DNA from: Opitutaceae bacterium
Lineage (GTDB): Bacteria > Verrucomicrobiota > Verrucomicrobiia > Opitutales > Opitutaceae
Length of the DNA stretch: 63,364 nt
Reading direction: 5' to 3'
NCBI GenBank assembly: GCA_041746615.1
Contig: JBGTGS010000271.1
Location: forward strand, 1 to 63,364
Shown: one piece after another, positions 10,071 through 19,967 of the stretch
Layout: every line of letters begins with the position of its first letter
Numbering within the stretch: the stretch's first letter is position 1
Program-made: the position numbers and the translations under genes
Notes under the pieces: generated by a model
Seen by the model: only the letters and a program-made list of their open reading frames with translations
Told to the model about the DNA's origin: nothing
The model's database searches: none

Positions 10071-11564
10071 TCAACGCCTTCGCAGCGCTTCCCCCAGGAA
10101 ATCGAGCATCCCCGTGATTTGAACGGCAACCTGCCCATGCGCTTGAGCAAACAGATCCGCCGCCCGGCCATGCCAGATGGCACCCCGGGCCGCCGCCAGC
10201 AGGGGCTCTGCAGGATTCTGGGCGAGCAGACCTCCGATCAGACCCGCCAACAAATCCCCACTCCCCCCCCGGGCCAGTATCGGGCCGCCTGAAAGGCTGT
10301 GATACACCCTGTGGCCATCGCTGATCCGGGTGACCGGACCTTTCAGCACGACGGTCGCGGAGGTTTGCTTCGCAAACTCCTGCAATTCGCGGCCACCCGC
10401 AATACGGGCAAACTCACCGGCATGAGGGGTGAGGACTAGCGGGCCTTGCGCCGCAGTCACGATCTCGGACTTCAACGCATCAGCGTCGAGCACGATTGGA
10501 ACAGAAGAGGTCCGGACAATCTCACGGACCAGAGCCAAGGTTTCAGGTTCGCGGCCCAGACCGGGACCCATCAGCAGGGATGTGGCCCGTTGCATTCGTT
10601 CGCGCAACAACTGAGCCCCTTCCATGGCCAGCCCCCCATCGGGAGTCTCCGGCCAGCCGACCCACATCGCCTCGGGTGCGCGCGCCGCGAACGCCGGGGC
10701 CAGTGATTCAGGAACGAAGGCCGTCACCAGCCCCACCCCGCTGCGCAGGGCCGACAGCACACTCATCAGGACCGCCCCCGGATAATTGCGGGAACCACCC
10801 AAGACTAAGAGATGCCCGTACGTGCGCTTGTCGCTTTGCGGAGCGCGCAAGATTCTTAGCGGATCGAGTAATCCCGTCCCTAACACCCAATCGCTTGCCT
10901 GAGGGAAGGCACTCTCCGTGGCAAAGCCGAGATCGAGATACCGCAGCCGTCCGGCGTTGGGTAGATCGAGCAAGGGTGCTTTCAAGATACCGGTGGCATA
11001 GGAGAAATCAGCCCGGAAGGCGTCATCCTCATCCAAGCCACTGGGAAGATCCACGGCGGCACGCAGCCGAACGGGCAAGGTATTGATCCGGTTGAGCAGG
11101 GCACGGGTGCGGGCGTCCAGTGGCGGGCGAAACTGAAAGCCGAAAAGACCGTCAATCACGAGGTCGTATGACGGCGCAAGCGTCGTCATACGGATGCCCA
11201 CCACACGATCCGTAGCAGCATGCACCAGCTGACGCCACGCCCGGGCAGCCAAGGGTCGAAACCCCCGCTGTCCATAGGGAAGGATCACCTCCACCCGCAC
11301 CGATGGGAAATGCGAGGCCAACCCTGCGGCGGCGAGCAGGGCATCACCCCCATTGTGTCCCTTGCCCGCCATGACCAGCACACGAGCCTGTGGCGAAAGA
11401 CCGCCGATCTCCTTGAAATCCTCGACCACCGCCCGGGCCACCGCGGCACCAGCCATCTGCATGGCCGGCCACTCCCGATCCTCATCACCATCAAACAGCG
11501 ACTTTTCGAAGCGTCCCGCTTGTTCGCAGGACAAAATGGGATGACCATACAGGTCCATGTACAA
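10071..11564 (-). CDS. nnr: bifunctional NAD(P)H-hydrate repair enzyme (epimerase/dehydratase)
   Basis: 497 aa. N-terminal YjeF_N domain (VMAGKGHNGGDALLAA) and a C-terminal carbohydrate-kinase-like domain (...VLDADAL...VLTPHAGEF...GGSGDLLAG). Confidence 0.88.
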   Translation of the reverse strand: MYMDLYGHPILSCEQAGRFEKSLFDGDEDREWPAMQMAGAAVARAVVEDFKEIGGLSPQARVLVMAGKGHNGGDALLAAAGLASHFPSVRVEVILPYGQRGFRPLAARAWRQLVHAATDRVVGIRMTTLAPSYDLVIDGLFGFQFRPPLDARTRALLNRINTLPVRLRAAVDLPSGLDEDDAFRADFSYATGILKAPLLDLPNAGRLRYLDLGFATESAFPQASDWVLGTGLLDPLRILRAPQSDKRTYGHLLVLGGSRNYPGAVLMSVLSALRSGVGLVTAFVPESLAPAFAARAPEAMWVGWPETPDGGLAMEGAQLLRERMQRATSLLMGPGLGREPETLALVREIVRTSSVPIVLDADALKSEIVTAAQGPLVLTPHAGEFARIAGGRELQEFAKQTSATVVLKGPVTRISDGHRVYHSLSGGPILARGGSGDLLAGLIGGLLAQNPAEPLLAAARGAIWHGRAADLFAQAHGQVAVQITGMLDFLGEALRRR

Positions 11565-11566
11565 AG

Positions 11567-12184
11567 TCAGGGGGCTTGGTCGACCGGTGATGATGGCAAA
11601 GGAGGGAGGTAAACCGGTCGCTCGGATCGGGCACCGGAGTCCTGGCGGTTCCGGGCGGGGAGCGGGTTGCCCGAAGCACCCGGGCCCTGACGCTCCAGCC
11701 TGCCTTCAAGCCGGGCTCGGCGCAAGGCCTCGGGCTCGGTGAATCGCAGGGGGGATTCGGCCGGTGGGTTTGCTTCGGTCATGGGTCGGGTCAAGCGGGG
11801 GATCAGGCGGAAATATAAATCGCCGGCCGTCCGCACGACCTCGATGTAATCGCTGAATTCCCCGGTGGCGGAATTCCACAAGGCAACTTCCGTGCGGTTG
11901 TCCTCCCACAAAGCATAATCACCCCATTGGGCAAAAACCGCCTCGATAACCGCCAGGCTCGGTCTTCCCGACACGGCAGCGACATTGGCCGGTGGGGCCG
12001 GGGGCTCCTCTACAGGCGCCCCTTCGGAGACGGCTTCGTCAACCGCGGGCGGCGCTTCGGTGTTTTCAGGAGATTCCCACTGATAGCCTAGCACGAAGAG
12101 AACCCCGGCCGCAAAACCGACCATGACCCAGGAAGGGGCGGTGGAGAGCTTTTCCTTGGGAGGAGGTGAACTGGAGTCATCCAT
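11567..12184 (-). CDS. hypothetical membrane-anchored protein (N-terminal TM, acidic/Pro-rich linker)
   Basis: 205 aa. TM segment WVMVGFAAGVLFVLGY followed by a PE-rich linker. It sits tightly between pdxJ and nnr, with 2 nt to the nnr start. I recognise no family. Confidence 0.55.
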   Translation of the reverse strand: MDDSSSPPPKEKLSTAPSWVMVGFAAGVLFVLGYQWESPENTEAPPAVDEAVSEGAPVEEPPAPPANVAAVSGRPSLAVIEAVFAQWGDYALWEDNRTEVALWNSATGEFSDYIEVVRTAGDLYFRLIPRLTRPMTEANPPAESPLRFTEPEALRRARLEGRLERQGPGASGNPLPARNRQDSGARSERPVYLPPLPSSPVDQAP

Positions 12185-12257
12185 GATACAAACCTAGTCT
12201 ATCTGATGTCCTTCGCAAAGGGTACTGCAAACGTAACCACGCGGGTGCCAGACCGGC

Positions 12258-13001
12258 TCAGGGATTCATCCGCGCCTTCATTTCCCGCACGGCTTCCCCG
12301 ACACCGGTGAATAAGGCCCGGCTGACAATACTGTGTCCGATGTTGAGTTCGTGCAGGTGTGGCAGGGTGCGAACCTCGGCGATGTTGACGTAATTGATGC
12401 CATGGCCGGCATTGACCACCAGACCGCACTGGTGCCCGAGAGTTGCTCCCACCCGCAGGCGCTTGAACTCCACCGAGCGATCTTTGCCCGGAAGAGCGTT
12501 GGCGTAGGCTCCGGTATGAAGCTCGATCCAGGGGGCACCCAACGCGGCACTCAGTTCAATCTGGGCCTCGTCGGGATCAATGAAAAGACTCGTGGTTATA
12601 CCTGCCGCGTTCATCGCACTCACGCAGGCCTGCACCCGCTCGCGAAGACCGGCAATGTCGAGGCCTCCCTCCGTGGTGATCTCCTCCCGGCTTTCCGGAA
12701 CCAGGCATACGGAATCGGGCTTAAGTTTGAGCGCAAATTCTACCATGGCAGGAGTGCAGGCCATCTCGAGGTTGAGCCGGGTGGCGGCCGATTCCCTCAG
12801 ACGCCACACATCGCGCTCCTGGATGTGCCGCCGATCCTCGCGCAGGTGCACGGTGATGCCATCAACCCCAGCCTGTTCGGCCATGAGTGCAAAGGTGACC
12901 GGATCGGGCTCAACGGACCCACCGATGGTATTTTCAGCCTGGCGATACCTGGCCTGGCGCACGGTGGCGCAGTGGTCGATGTTGACTCCCAGAAGGATCA
13001 T
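12258..13001 (-). CDS. pdxJ: pyridoxine 5'-phosphate synthase
   Basis: ORF 12258..13094. The PdxJ N-terminus MILLGVNIDHCATVRQAR starts at 13001, followed by ...GITVHLREDRRHI...LNLEMA.... Confidence 0.92.
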   Translation of the reverse strand: MILLGVNIDHCATVRQARYRQAENTIGGSVEPDPVTFALMAEQAGVDGITVHLREDRRHIQERDVWRLRESAATRLNLEMACTPAMVEFALKLKPDSVCLVPESREEITTEGGLDIAGLRERVQACVSAMNAAGITTSLFIDPDEAQIELSAALGAPWIELHTGAYANALPGKDRSVEFKRLRVGATLGHQCGLVVNAGHGINYVNIAEVRTLPHLHELNIGHSIVSRALFTGVGEAVREMKARMNP

Positions 13002-13092
13002 GGAGTTCGCAGATATAATCCGCGGGGCGGGAAAACCAAGAAATGAATCGCCCCCGGGTCCGGTTTCATGGCTTGATCCCGCGAATACGTCC

Positions 13093-13806
13093 ATGCCCCC
13101 CCCTGACCAAGCCCCTCAACGGGAGAACCTTCTCCTCAACCTTGTCTGCAACCTTGCCCTGCCCGCTCTGGTGCTTTCACGACTGAGCAAACCCGAGTAC
13201 CTCGGACCGGTCTGGGGACTGGTCTTCGCACTGATCTTTCCCCTCGGCTACGGCATCTGGGATTTCGTGCAGCGGCGCCAGACGAACTTCATCTCGGTCA
13301 TCGGCTTTACCAGCGTACTGCTGACCGGCGGCTTGGGTCTGATGAAGGTCGACGGCATCTGGTTTGCGGTGAAGGAAGCCGCCGTACCGGCCATCATTGG
13401 AGGTGCCGTGCTCGTCTCAATGAAAAGCCGGCGGCCGCTGGTGCGCCAGTTTCTACTCAACGACCAGTTGATCGACATGCCCCGCGTGCAGGATGCCCTC
13501 AACGAACGGGGCAATGAACAGGCCTTCCAAAGGCTCATCGCCAACGCCACCTACTGGCTGGCGGCCTCCTTTCTCCTGAGCGCCATCCTCAATTTCATTC
13601 TCGCCCGCTATCTGCTGAAAAGCCCGACGGGAACGGTTGAGTTCAATGCCGAGCTGGCGCGCATGACTCTGCTGAGCTGGCCGGTCATCGTTGTCCCCAG
13701 TACTGGGATGATGATGTTCGCGCTCTGGCGGCTGATCCGCGGTCTACGACAGCTGACCGGACTGGACTTCGACCAGATCGTCCGCGCGGAACCGGCCAAG
13801 AAGTAA
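13093..13806 (+). CDS. multi-pass inner-membrane protein (resembles the VC0807 / septation-protein-A-like family)
   Basis: This is the 3' part of ORF 12580..13806; the upstream part is antisense to pdxJ. The ATG at 13093 gives MPPPDQAPQRENLLLNLVCNLALPALVLSRL... with about 6 hydrophobic helices. The family assignment is from memory. Confidence 0.65.
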   Translation: MPPPDQAPQRENLLLNLVCNLALPALVLSRLSKPEYLGPVWGLVFALIFPLGYGIWDFVQRRQTNFISVIGFTSVLLTGGLGLMKVDGIWFAVKEAAVPAIIGGAVLVSMKSRRPLVRQFLLNDQLIDMPRVQDALNERGNEQAFQRLIANATYWLAASFLLSAILNFILARYLLKSPTGTVEFNAELARMTLLSWPVIVVPSTGMMMFALWRLIRGLRQLTGLDFDQIVRAEPAKK

Positions 13807-13869
13807 GCGGGCCGGAGTGCAGGCAAAATCTATCCCTCCGCTCACGCGCATGGCTACAGCCAGCCGGTC

Positions 13870-15165
13870 TTAACGCTTCCCGATGGGGACGTAGTTTCGC
13901 ACCACGGGACCGACAAAGATCTGTCGCGGGCGATAGATGCGACCCTTGGGGTTGGCGGCGACCTCGCGCCAATTGGCAATCCATCCCGGAGTGCGGCCGA
14001 TCGCGAACATCACCGTGAACATATTGGTGGGGATGCCGAGTGCACGCATGATGATCCCGGAATAGAAATCCACATTGGGATAGAGCTTTCGCGAAACAAA
14101 ATAGTCGTCCTGGAGGGCGGCGCGTTCCAGATTCTTGGCGATCTGGAGCAGTGGATCGTCGATGCCCAGCTTCGCCAGCACATCCTCGCAGGCCTTGCCA
14201 ATGATCTTGGCCCGGGGATCGAAGTTGCGGTACACGGCGTGCCCGAAGCCCATCAGCCGGTTGCCCTTGCTGCCCGATCTTGCCGCCGCAATGAACCGGG
14301 TGCCGTCATCACCCTCGTCGTGGATCGCCTGCAACATCTGCATGACCGCGGAATTGGCTCCGCCGTGGAGGGGACCCGAAAGAGCCGCGATACCGGCGGC
14401 GGCTGACGTGAACAGGTTCGCCGAGGAGGAGCCGACCATCCGCACGGTCGAGGTTGAGCAGTTTTGCTCATGATCCGCATGAAGCAGCAACAGCAGGTTG
14501 AGCGCCCGCGCGGCCTCGGGAATCGCCGCATAATCCTGATAGGGCTCCGAAAACATCATGTGCAGGAAGTTATCGGCAAAAGGCAGATCCTTGGGGAAGA
14601 CAAAGGGCAGGCTCTTCTGGCTCCGATAGATCATCGCACCCAAGGTGCGGACCTTCGAGATGAGCACGGCGGCCGCACGGTCAAAATTCTGCAGGTCCTT
14701 CTCGAAATTGTTGGTCGCCAACTCTGGATGAAAGGCCGGCAGGGCCGCCACGAGGGAGTTGAGCATGGTCATCGGCGCGGTGTTCTTGGGGAACCCGTCG
14801 AAGAGCTTTTGCATCTGCGTGTCGATCGTCGCATGGTCTCGCAGGCGCCCTCCAAAGTCCTTGCGTTGGGTGGATGTCGGCAACTCCCCATAAATAATGA
14901 GGTAGGCGGTCTCAACGAAATTGCTGGAGGCGGCGAGTTGCTCGATGGGATAGCCGCGATGCCGGAGCACCCCGTTGTCTCCATCCAGATAGGTGATGCT
15001 GCTCTCACAGGATCCGGTGTTACCGTAACCCTGATCATAGCAGATGTAACCGCTTTCGGCCCGCAGCCTGCGCGTATCGATGGCCTGTTCACCCTCGGTG
15101 CCGATGATCACGGGCAGGGAGATCTCTTTATCGGCAATCTTCAGGGTGGCGGGAGTGGACGACAT
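13870..15165 (-). CDS. gltA: citrate synthase
   Basis: ORF 13870..15540. The citrate synthase sequence begins at the Met at 15165 (MSSTPATLKIADKEISLPVI...), followed by ...LLLHADHEQNCSTSTVR...GPLHGGAN...GFGHAVY...; 431 aa. Confidence 0.93.
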   Translation of the reverse strand: MSSTPATLKIADKEISLPVIIGTEGEQAIDTRRLRAESGYICYDQGYGNTGSCESSITYLDGDNGVLRHRGYPIEQLAASSNFVETAYLIIYGELPTSTQRKDFGGRLRDHATIDTQMQKLFDGFPKNTAPMTMLNSLVAALPAFHPELATNNFEKDLQNFDRAAAVLISKVRTLGAMIYRSQKSLPFVFPKDLPFADNFLHMMFSEPYQDYAAIPEAARALNLLLLLHADHEQNCSTSTVRMVGSSSANLFTSAAAGIAALSGPLHGGANSAVMQMLQAIHDEGDDGTRFIAAARSGSKGNRLMGFGHAVYRNFDPRAKIIGKACEDVLAKLGIDDPLLQIAKNLERAALQDDYFVSRKLYPNVDFYSGIIMRALGIPTNMFTVMFAIGRTPGWIANWREVAANPKGRIYRPRQIFVGPVVRNYVPIGKR

Positions 15166-15274
15166 GGGGTCCAACAGAGCAAAATTAGCAGAGCTTGCAA
15201 AGCAAAGACGACCCAAACCCAAGATCATCTGGCGCCATAAGTGGTCTGCGGCGGTCAGTTTAGATAAATGAATC

Positions 15275-15928
15275 CTAAACCGAAGCCGCCAGCGCCTCGC
15301 GGGCGGTGATTTCCGCGAAATTGCGGTAGATCCGCAAGCCTTTGGCCTGGCTCTTTTCGGGGTGAAACTGGGTGGCAAAACAGCACCCACGGGCAATGGC
15401 TGCGGTGAACCTGCCACCGTAATCACACTCCGCCAGCACCAATCCGGGGTCCGCCGGGACACAGTAAAAGCTGTGGACGAAATAAAATGATTCTCCCTCG
15501 GTGGAGAGCCCGGCCTGCAAGGGGGAATCCGCCTGCACAAACCGGACCTGATTCCACCCCATGTGGGGTATCTTGCAGGAAGGCGGTAGCTGGAACCGCC
15601 GTACGCTGCCGGGAAATATTCCCAATCCGGTCACGTCCCCCTCTTCGGAGTGTTCAAACAACGCCTGCATGCCGAGACAGACCCCCAGGAACGGCCGGTC
15701 AGCCTCGATCCAGTCCCGCACGGTTTCAGCCAGACCGGTGGAGCGCAGGGAGCCTACACAATCACGCAAAGCCCCCACGCCCGGCAACACGAGCCCGGCG
15801 GCCCCGGCGGACGCCACTTCGGCGGGCGTACGCACCACCCGGGCCTCGGCACCCGAGGCTTCAAGGGCCTTGGTGACGCTGCGCAAATTGCAGATTCCGT
15901 TGTCGATGACGGCGATGACGACAGGCAT
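15275..15928 (-). CDS. hisH: imidazole glycerol phosphate synthase, glutamine amidotransferase subunit
   Basis: MPVVIAVIDNGICNLRSV..., GVCLGMQ and FHPEKS. An upstream ATG at 15988 would add 20 atypical residues but lies only 6 nt from the hisB stop. Confidence 0.9.
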   Translation of the reverse strand: MPVVIAVIDNGICNLRSVTKALEASGAEARVVRTPAEVASAGAAGLVLPGVGALRDCVGSLRSTGLAETVRDWIEADRPFLGVCLGMQALFEHSEEGDVTGLGIFPGSVRRFQLPPSCKIPHMGWNQVRFVQADSPLQAGLSTEGESFYFVHSFYCVPADPGLVLAECDYGGRFTAAIARGCCFATQFHPEKSQAKGLRIYRNFAEITAREALAASV

Positions 15929-15994
15929 GGGAAATTCCAAGGTAGCAACCGCAGGTGGCGGTGCCACCTGAAAATCTTCCGGCGGCATTACTGT

Positions 15995-16591
15995 CTAGAT
16001 GCGGCCCTTGGTGCTGGGCAGCTGGTCTGCGGCGCGGGGTTCGATTTTCGTCGCGGCGTCAAGCGCTCGCGCCAGACCCTTGAAGACGGCCTCAGCCACG
16101 TGGTGCGGCTCCTCGCCATATTCGAGTTTCACATGAAGATTCGCACCGAGCGCATTGCTGAAGGCGCGGCAGAATTCCTTCACCAGCACAATGTTGAAGT
16201 CGCGCACAAACATGGTGGGGGCCTCCGCCTGGTAGACCAGGTGAGGACGCCCCCCGATGTCGATGACCACGCGCACGAGCGACTCGTCCATGGGCAGAAT
16301 GAAGAAACCATAACGGGTGATGCCGACCTTGTCACCGAGCGCCTGCCGAAAGGCATCGCCCAATACCAGGCCAACATCCTCAACGGTGTGGTGGTAATCC
16401 ACGTCTACGTCACCCTTGCAGGAGACCTCCAGGTCAAAGAGCCCATGACGGGCAAACAACGTGAGCATGTGATCGAAGAACGGCACGCCGGTGGCGGTCT
16501 TCGCAACGCCGCGGCCATCGATCCCGAGCGTCAGGCTGATGTCCGTTTCGGCGGTTTTGCGGGTGAGGGTTGCTTTGCGTTCTGTTGCCAT
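15995..16591 (-). CDS. hisB: imidazoleglycerol-phosphate dehydratase
   Basis: 198 aa; ...[10 protein letters not shown]...FFDHML...[10 protein letters not shown]...EEPHHVAEA.... Confidence 0.93.
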   Translation of the reverse strand: MATERKATLTRKTAETDISLTLGIDGRGVAKTATGVPFFDHMLTLFARHGLFDLEVSCKGDVDVDYHHTVEDVGLVLGDAFRQALGDKVGITRYGFFILPMDESLVRVVIDIGGRPHLVYQAEAPTMFVRDFNIVLVKEFCRAFSNALGANLHVKLEYGEEPHHVAEAVFKGLARALDAATKIEPRAADQLPSTKGRI

Positions 16592-17673
16592 TCGTCGATT
16601 GCTTCGTTGACGGCGAGCATCTCGTCGTCGCGGCCGACGCTGATGCGTAGAAAGGAGGCGGTCAAGGCGTGGCTGGGGAAGATGCGAACGAGTATCTGTC
16701 GGGACCGCAGGAATTCATACAGCCCCTGGGCCACCGCGGGGCCGCTCTCGTCGCGGGCGTCCCGGGGTTCGGTAAAGATGAAATTCGCCTGGGATGGATG
16801 GGTGAACCAGCCCCGTTTGTCCGACCACTCGGCCATCCAGTAGTCCCGGGTCCGGATGATCTTCCCGATAATGGCGTCGTAATAACCCGGATCCCCCAGC
16901 GCCGCCAGCGCCGCCACCTGTGACAGCCGGTTGACGTTGTAGCTGTCGCGCACACGGTCGAGCAGGCTGATGACCTCGGGATGGGCGAGCGCATAGCCCA
17001 CGCGAATACCGGCCAGCGCATGAGCCTTCGAAAAGGTTCGCGTGACCACGAGATTGGAGTGTCCGGCCAGCAGGGATACGGCGTTCTCGCGCGCGAAAAG
17101 TGCATAGGCCTCGTCCACCACGAGCAGCCCGGTGAAGCGTTTCAGCAGCGCCTCTATCTCCACATTGGCAAAGGCCACTCCGGTTGGCGCATTGGGTGAG
17201 GTGAGGAAGAAGGCCCGGGCTCCCGAGCTCACCATCTGCTCGATCGGCAGGCGCATATCGCGGCCGAACTCGATGACCCGAGCCGCCCCGTCCTGGATCG
17301 CAACCAGCACCGGATAGAGCGAATAGCTTGGCCAGGTGAAACCGGTGGCAGCCCCGGGCCCGCCGAAACAGCGGACCAGCAGGTTGAGCACATCGTCGGA
17401 ACCATTACCGATCAGCACCTGCTCCTCCCCCAGACCATGGACCTGCGCCACCCGCCGACGAAGCGCGGTGCTTCGGGGATCGGGATAAAGCCGCAGGCCC
17501 TCCCCGTCCGTACCGATCTCGGCCCTCAGGGCCTCGGCCACCCGCGGACTCGGACCGTACGGGCATTCATTCGTGTTGAGCTTCACCCAGCCGGGCTCCG
17601 TCGGCTGCAAACCCGGAGTATAAGCGTGCAGCTTCGGGATGTGGGGCAAGGCGAGGGAGGAAAGGTCGATCAT
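16531..17673 (-). CDS. hisC: histidinol-phosphate aminotransferase
   Basis: 380 aa; ...[13 protein letters not shown]...YPDP...VVDEAY...[15 protein letters not shown]... The 3' end overlaps the hisB start by 61 nt. Confidence 0.9.
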   Translation of the reverse strand: MIDLSSLALPHIPKLHAYTPGLQPTEPGWVKLNTNECPYGPSPRVAEALRAEIGTDGEGLRLYPDPRSTALRRRVAQVHGLGEEQVLIGNGSDDVLNLLVRCFGGPGAATGFTWPSYSLYPVLVAIQDGAARVIEFGRDMRLPIEQMVSSGARAFFLTSPNAPTGVAFANVEIEALLKRFTGLLVVDEAYALFARENAVSLLAGHSNLVVTRTFSKAHALAGIRVGYALAHPEVISLLDRVRDSYNVNRLSQVAALAALGDPGYYDAIIGKIIRTRDYWMAEWSDKRGWFTHPSQANFIFTEPRDARDESGPAVAQGLYEFLRSRQILVRIFPSHALTASFLRISVGRDDEMLAVNEAIDEWQQNAKQPSPAKPPKRTSA

Positions 17674-17773
17674 GGATCAGGATGATTTCAGCCGCTCCAT
17701 GCCAGGGTCGGATCAAACACGGGCATGACCGTCTGCTGATTATAAACTTCGAACTGCATGTGAGGCTGCGGTG

Positions 17774-19069
17774 TCACCGCAGTCGGATCGACACCGAACG
17801 GCCGTGCGCATCGAGCTTCTCCATGGCAGCAAAGGCGGCGACAACGGGCTCGGCCTTTCTTACCTGGGAACGCTCGTAGCGAACCACACTGGTCCGGCGC
17901 ATGAAATCAGCGACTCGAAGCCCGCTGAAAAAACGGCCCGCCCGACCGGTGGGCAGGACGTGGCTGGGGCCGGCGGTGAAATCACCCAGCGCGGTCGGGG
18001 TATGATTGCCGATCATGATCGCACCGGCCGTAGTGATGGTGCGCAAAAGTTTCTTTTCCGTCCCGCTGCGCACCAGGAGTTCAAGGTGCTCGGGAGCGAC
18101 ATAGTTGGCGATCTGCGCCGCCTCGGTGTGGTTTTTGACCTGGATGGCAAGAAAGCCTTCAGCCAATACCCGCTGGGTTTTTTCCGAGCGGCTGAGCGAT
18201 TTGAGCTGAACCAGCATCTCCTCGTGAATGGCCCTGATGATCTCCGCAGAAGTGGCCACGAGATAGATTTTTTCCCTGCCGGATCCATGCTCGGCCTGGG
18301 CCAGCAGGTCGGCCGCCGCGAAATCCACCCTCGCACTCTCATCCGCAATGACCATCACCTCACTGGGGCCGGGAAGGGAATCCACCCCAACGGTGCCAAA
18401 TACCTGGCGCTTGGCTTCGCAGACATAGGCGTTACCCGGACCGAAAACTTTGTCCACGGCAGGCACCGTGAGCGTGCCATGGGCCATGGCCCCGATCGCC
18501 TGGACGCCTCCGATGCGATAGACCTCCTCGATCCCGATCAGGTGAAGCGCGGCGAGCAATCCATCGGCGACCCGTCCCTGCGAATTGGAGGGTGTAAACA
18601 CAGCAATCTCCGGGCAACCGGCTATTTTAGCCAGGGTAGCTGTCATTAGGACGGTCGATACGAGCGGCACTTGACCTCCAGGCACATACAAGCCCACACG
18701 GCGTATGGGATGATGTATCTCTCCCACGGAAGCCCCCTGCTTGTTCCGACCCGACCACGACTTGGGAAGCCCCTGGCGGTTGAAGGCCAGAATATTGGCA
18801 TGGGCCGCCGCCATGGCCTGCCGTTCCACGGTGGAGATCCGTTTCGCAGCTGCGGCCATTTCCGCAGGCTTCACCTTGAAATCCCGGGCCCTCAACTTGG
18901 CACCGTCAAACTTGGCCGCATAATAGGCTACCGCCTCGTCGCCACGCTGGCGGATATCGGACAGAATGACGGAGACCGCCTCAGTGATCTCCCGCGGAAC
19001 GGCCGTATCACGGCAAAATTCGGCCAGGTCGGTTTCGAAGGACTTGGAGGCAAACGACAGAAGACGCAC
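17774..19069 (-). CDS. hisD: histidinol dehydrogenase
   Basis: 431 aa; ...GLYVPGG...PLVSTVLM...GPGNAYV...LLAQAEHG...APEHLEL.... Confidence 0.93.
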   Translation of the reverse strand: MRLLSFASKSFETDLAEFCRDTAVPREITEAVSVILSDIRQRGDEAVAYYAAKFDGAKLRARDFKVKPAEMAAAAKRISTVERQAMAAAHANILAFNRQGLPKSWSGRNKQGASVGEIHHPIRRVGLYVPGGQVPLVSTVLMTATLAKIAGCPEIAVFTPSNSQGRVADGLLAALHLIGIEEVYRIGGVQAIGAMAHGTLTVPAVDKVFGPGNAYVCEAKRQVFGTVGVDSLPGPSEVMVIADESARVDFAAADLLAQAEHGSGREKIYLVATSAEIIRAIHEEMLVQLKSLSRSEKTQRVLAEGFLAIQVKNHTEAAQIANYVAPEHLELLVRSGTEKKLLRTITTAGAIMIGNHTPTALGDFTAGPSHVLPTGRAGRFFSGLRVADFMRRTSVVRYERSQVRKAEPVVAAFAAMEKLDAHGRSVSIRLR

Positions 19070-19150
19070 GGTGAACGGAATTCGAAAAGCACTACTCCTG
19101 CGGAACGCACGGAGCGAGACGAAATTGGCGGTCGCCTGCAGCTGGCCCAG

Positions 19151-19909
19151 TCAGGGTGTGCTGACCGGCGGCACGGCAAACAAACTGGCAGGGAAGGTCT
19201 CGTTGACGACGATCTGCTGAAAAGTAACCGTCACCACCCGCTCCGTGCCATCGGGCAATTCATTTGTCGTGATTACCTTGTGGGGAAAACGAATGCCGCC
19301 GGCTCGAATCTCACCTTCCTCCCGGATACGACTCCCTTGCTCGGTTTCGGTGAGGATGAGCCGTCCTGTGCTCAGATCGAAATAACGAAAAAAGATGATG
19401 TCGCTGGCATGCGTAAATGCAATCTTGTGGGCTTGGATGCCGTCAATCTCGACCTGACCAAGGTCATCCAACCGGCCGGAGAGCGATTCCAAGCCGCGGA
19501 AGAAGGAGAGATTCTCCCACGTATTGGCGCGGAGCCGCCGGATCTGATCGGTCGACATCAGGGTGAGACGCCAGCGGCCGGGATCGGCCGGATCCTCGAT
19601 CCTCTGCCAACCTTCGTACTCGTCAAGCGCGGTGACCTCTGTGCGAGCAGGCAGGTGGGCGGTGATGCGCTGACGGCGGGGTTTCTGAAAGATGATCTCG
19701 ATCATCGCCTGTACGGGCACGGGACCCTCCGGGGTGAGTTCAGTCGTCTCCAACTGCCCGATGTATTTAACCGACTGCAGTCCATTCAAGGCCTGCTCGC
19801 TGCCCAGATAGGATCGTGCCTTCTTAACCGTCTCGGTTACATCCGCCTGCAAATTGCCCACCATAAAAAAGAGCGCAAAGAGCAAGGTTGGGGTCAGGAG
19901 CTTTTTCAT
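19151..19909 (-). CDS. secreted hypothetical protein (signal peptide; possibly LolA / lipoprotein-sorting-like fold)
   Basis: ORF 19151..19981. Signal-peptide-like MKKLLTPTLLFALFFMVGNLQA starts at 19909. The fold suggestion is weak and drawn from memory only. Confidence 0.6.
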   Translation of the reverse strand: MKKLLTPTLLFALFFMVGNLQADVTETVKKARSYLGSEQALNGLQSVKYIGQLETTELTPEGPVPVQAMIEIIFQKPRRQRITAHLPARTEVTALDEYEGWQRIEDPADPGRWRLTLMSTDQIRRLRANTWENLSFFRGLESLSGRLDDLGQVEIDGIQAHKIAFTHASDIIFFRYFDLSTGRLILTETEQGSRIREEGEIRAGGIRFPHKVITTNELPDGTERVVTVTFQQIVVNETFPASLFAVPPVSTP

Positions 19910-19967
19910 ATGCACAGATGACATTGGGCTGGATAGGGAAGACAGGCGAGACGTGAAAAAGAGCCAC

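Noticed and set aside
15650-16843. Plus-strand ORFs across the his cluster and guaA (15650..16843, 17771..18649, 18671..19921, 20802..21923), plus 9202..10050 across dprA.
   Set aside because: They are antisense to well-supported hisH/B/C/D, guaA and dprA genes and are shadow ORFs.
17674-17790. 100-nt hisD-hisC spacer with the palindrome ctgcggtg-t-caccgcag overlapping the hisD stop, considered as an attenuator.
   Set aside because: It is a single short hairpin without a U-tract or alternative structures. It is most simply an intra-operon stabilising hairpin or chance, which is not enough to call a regulatory element.
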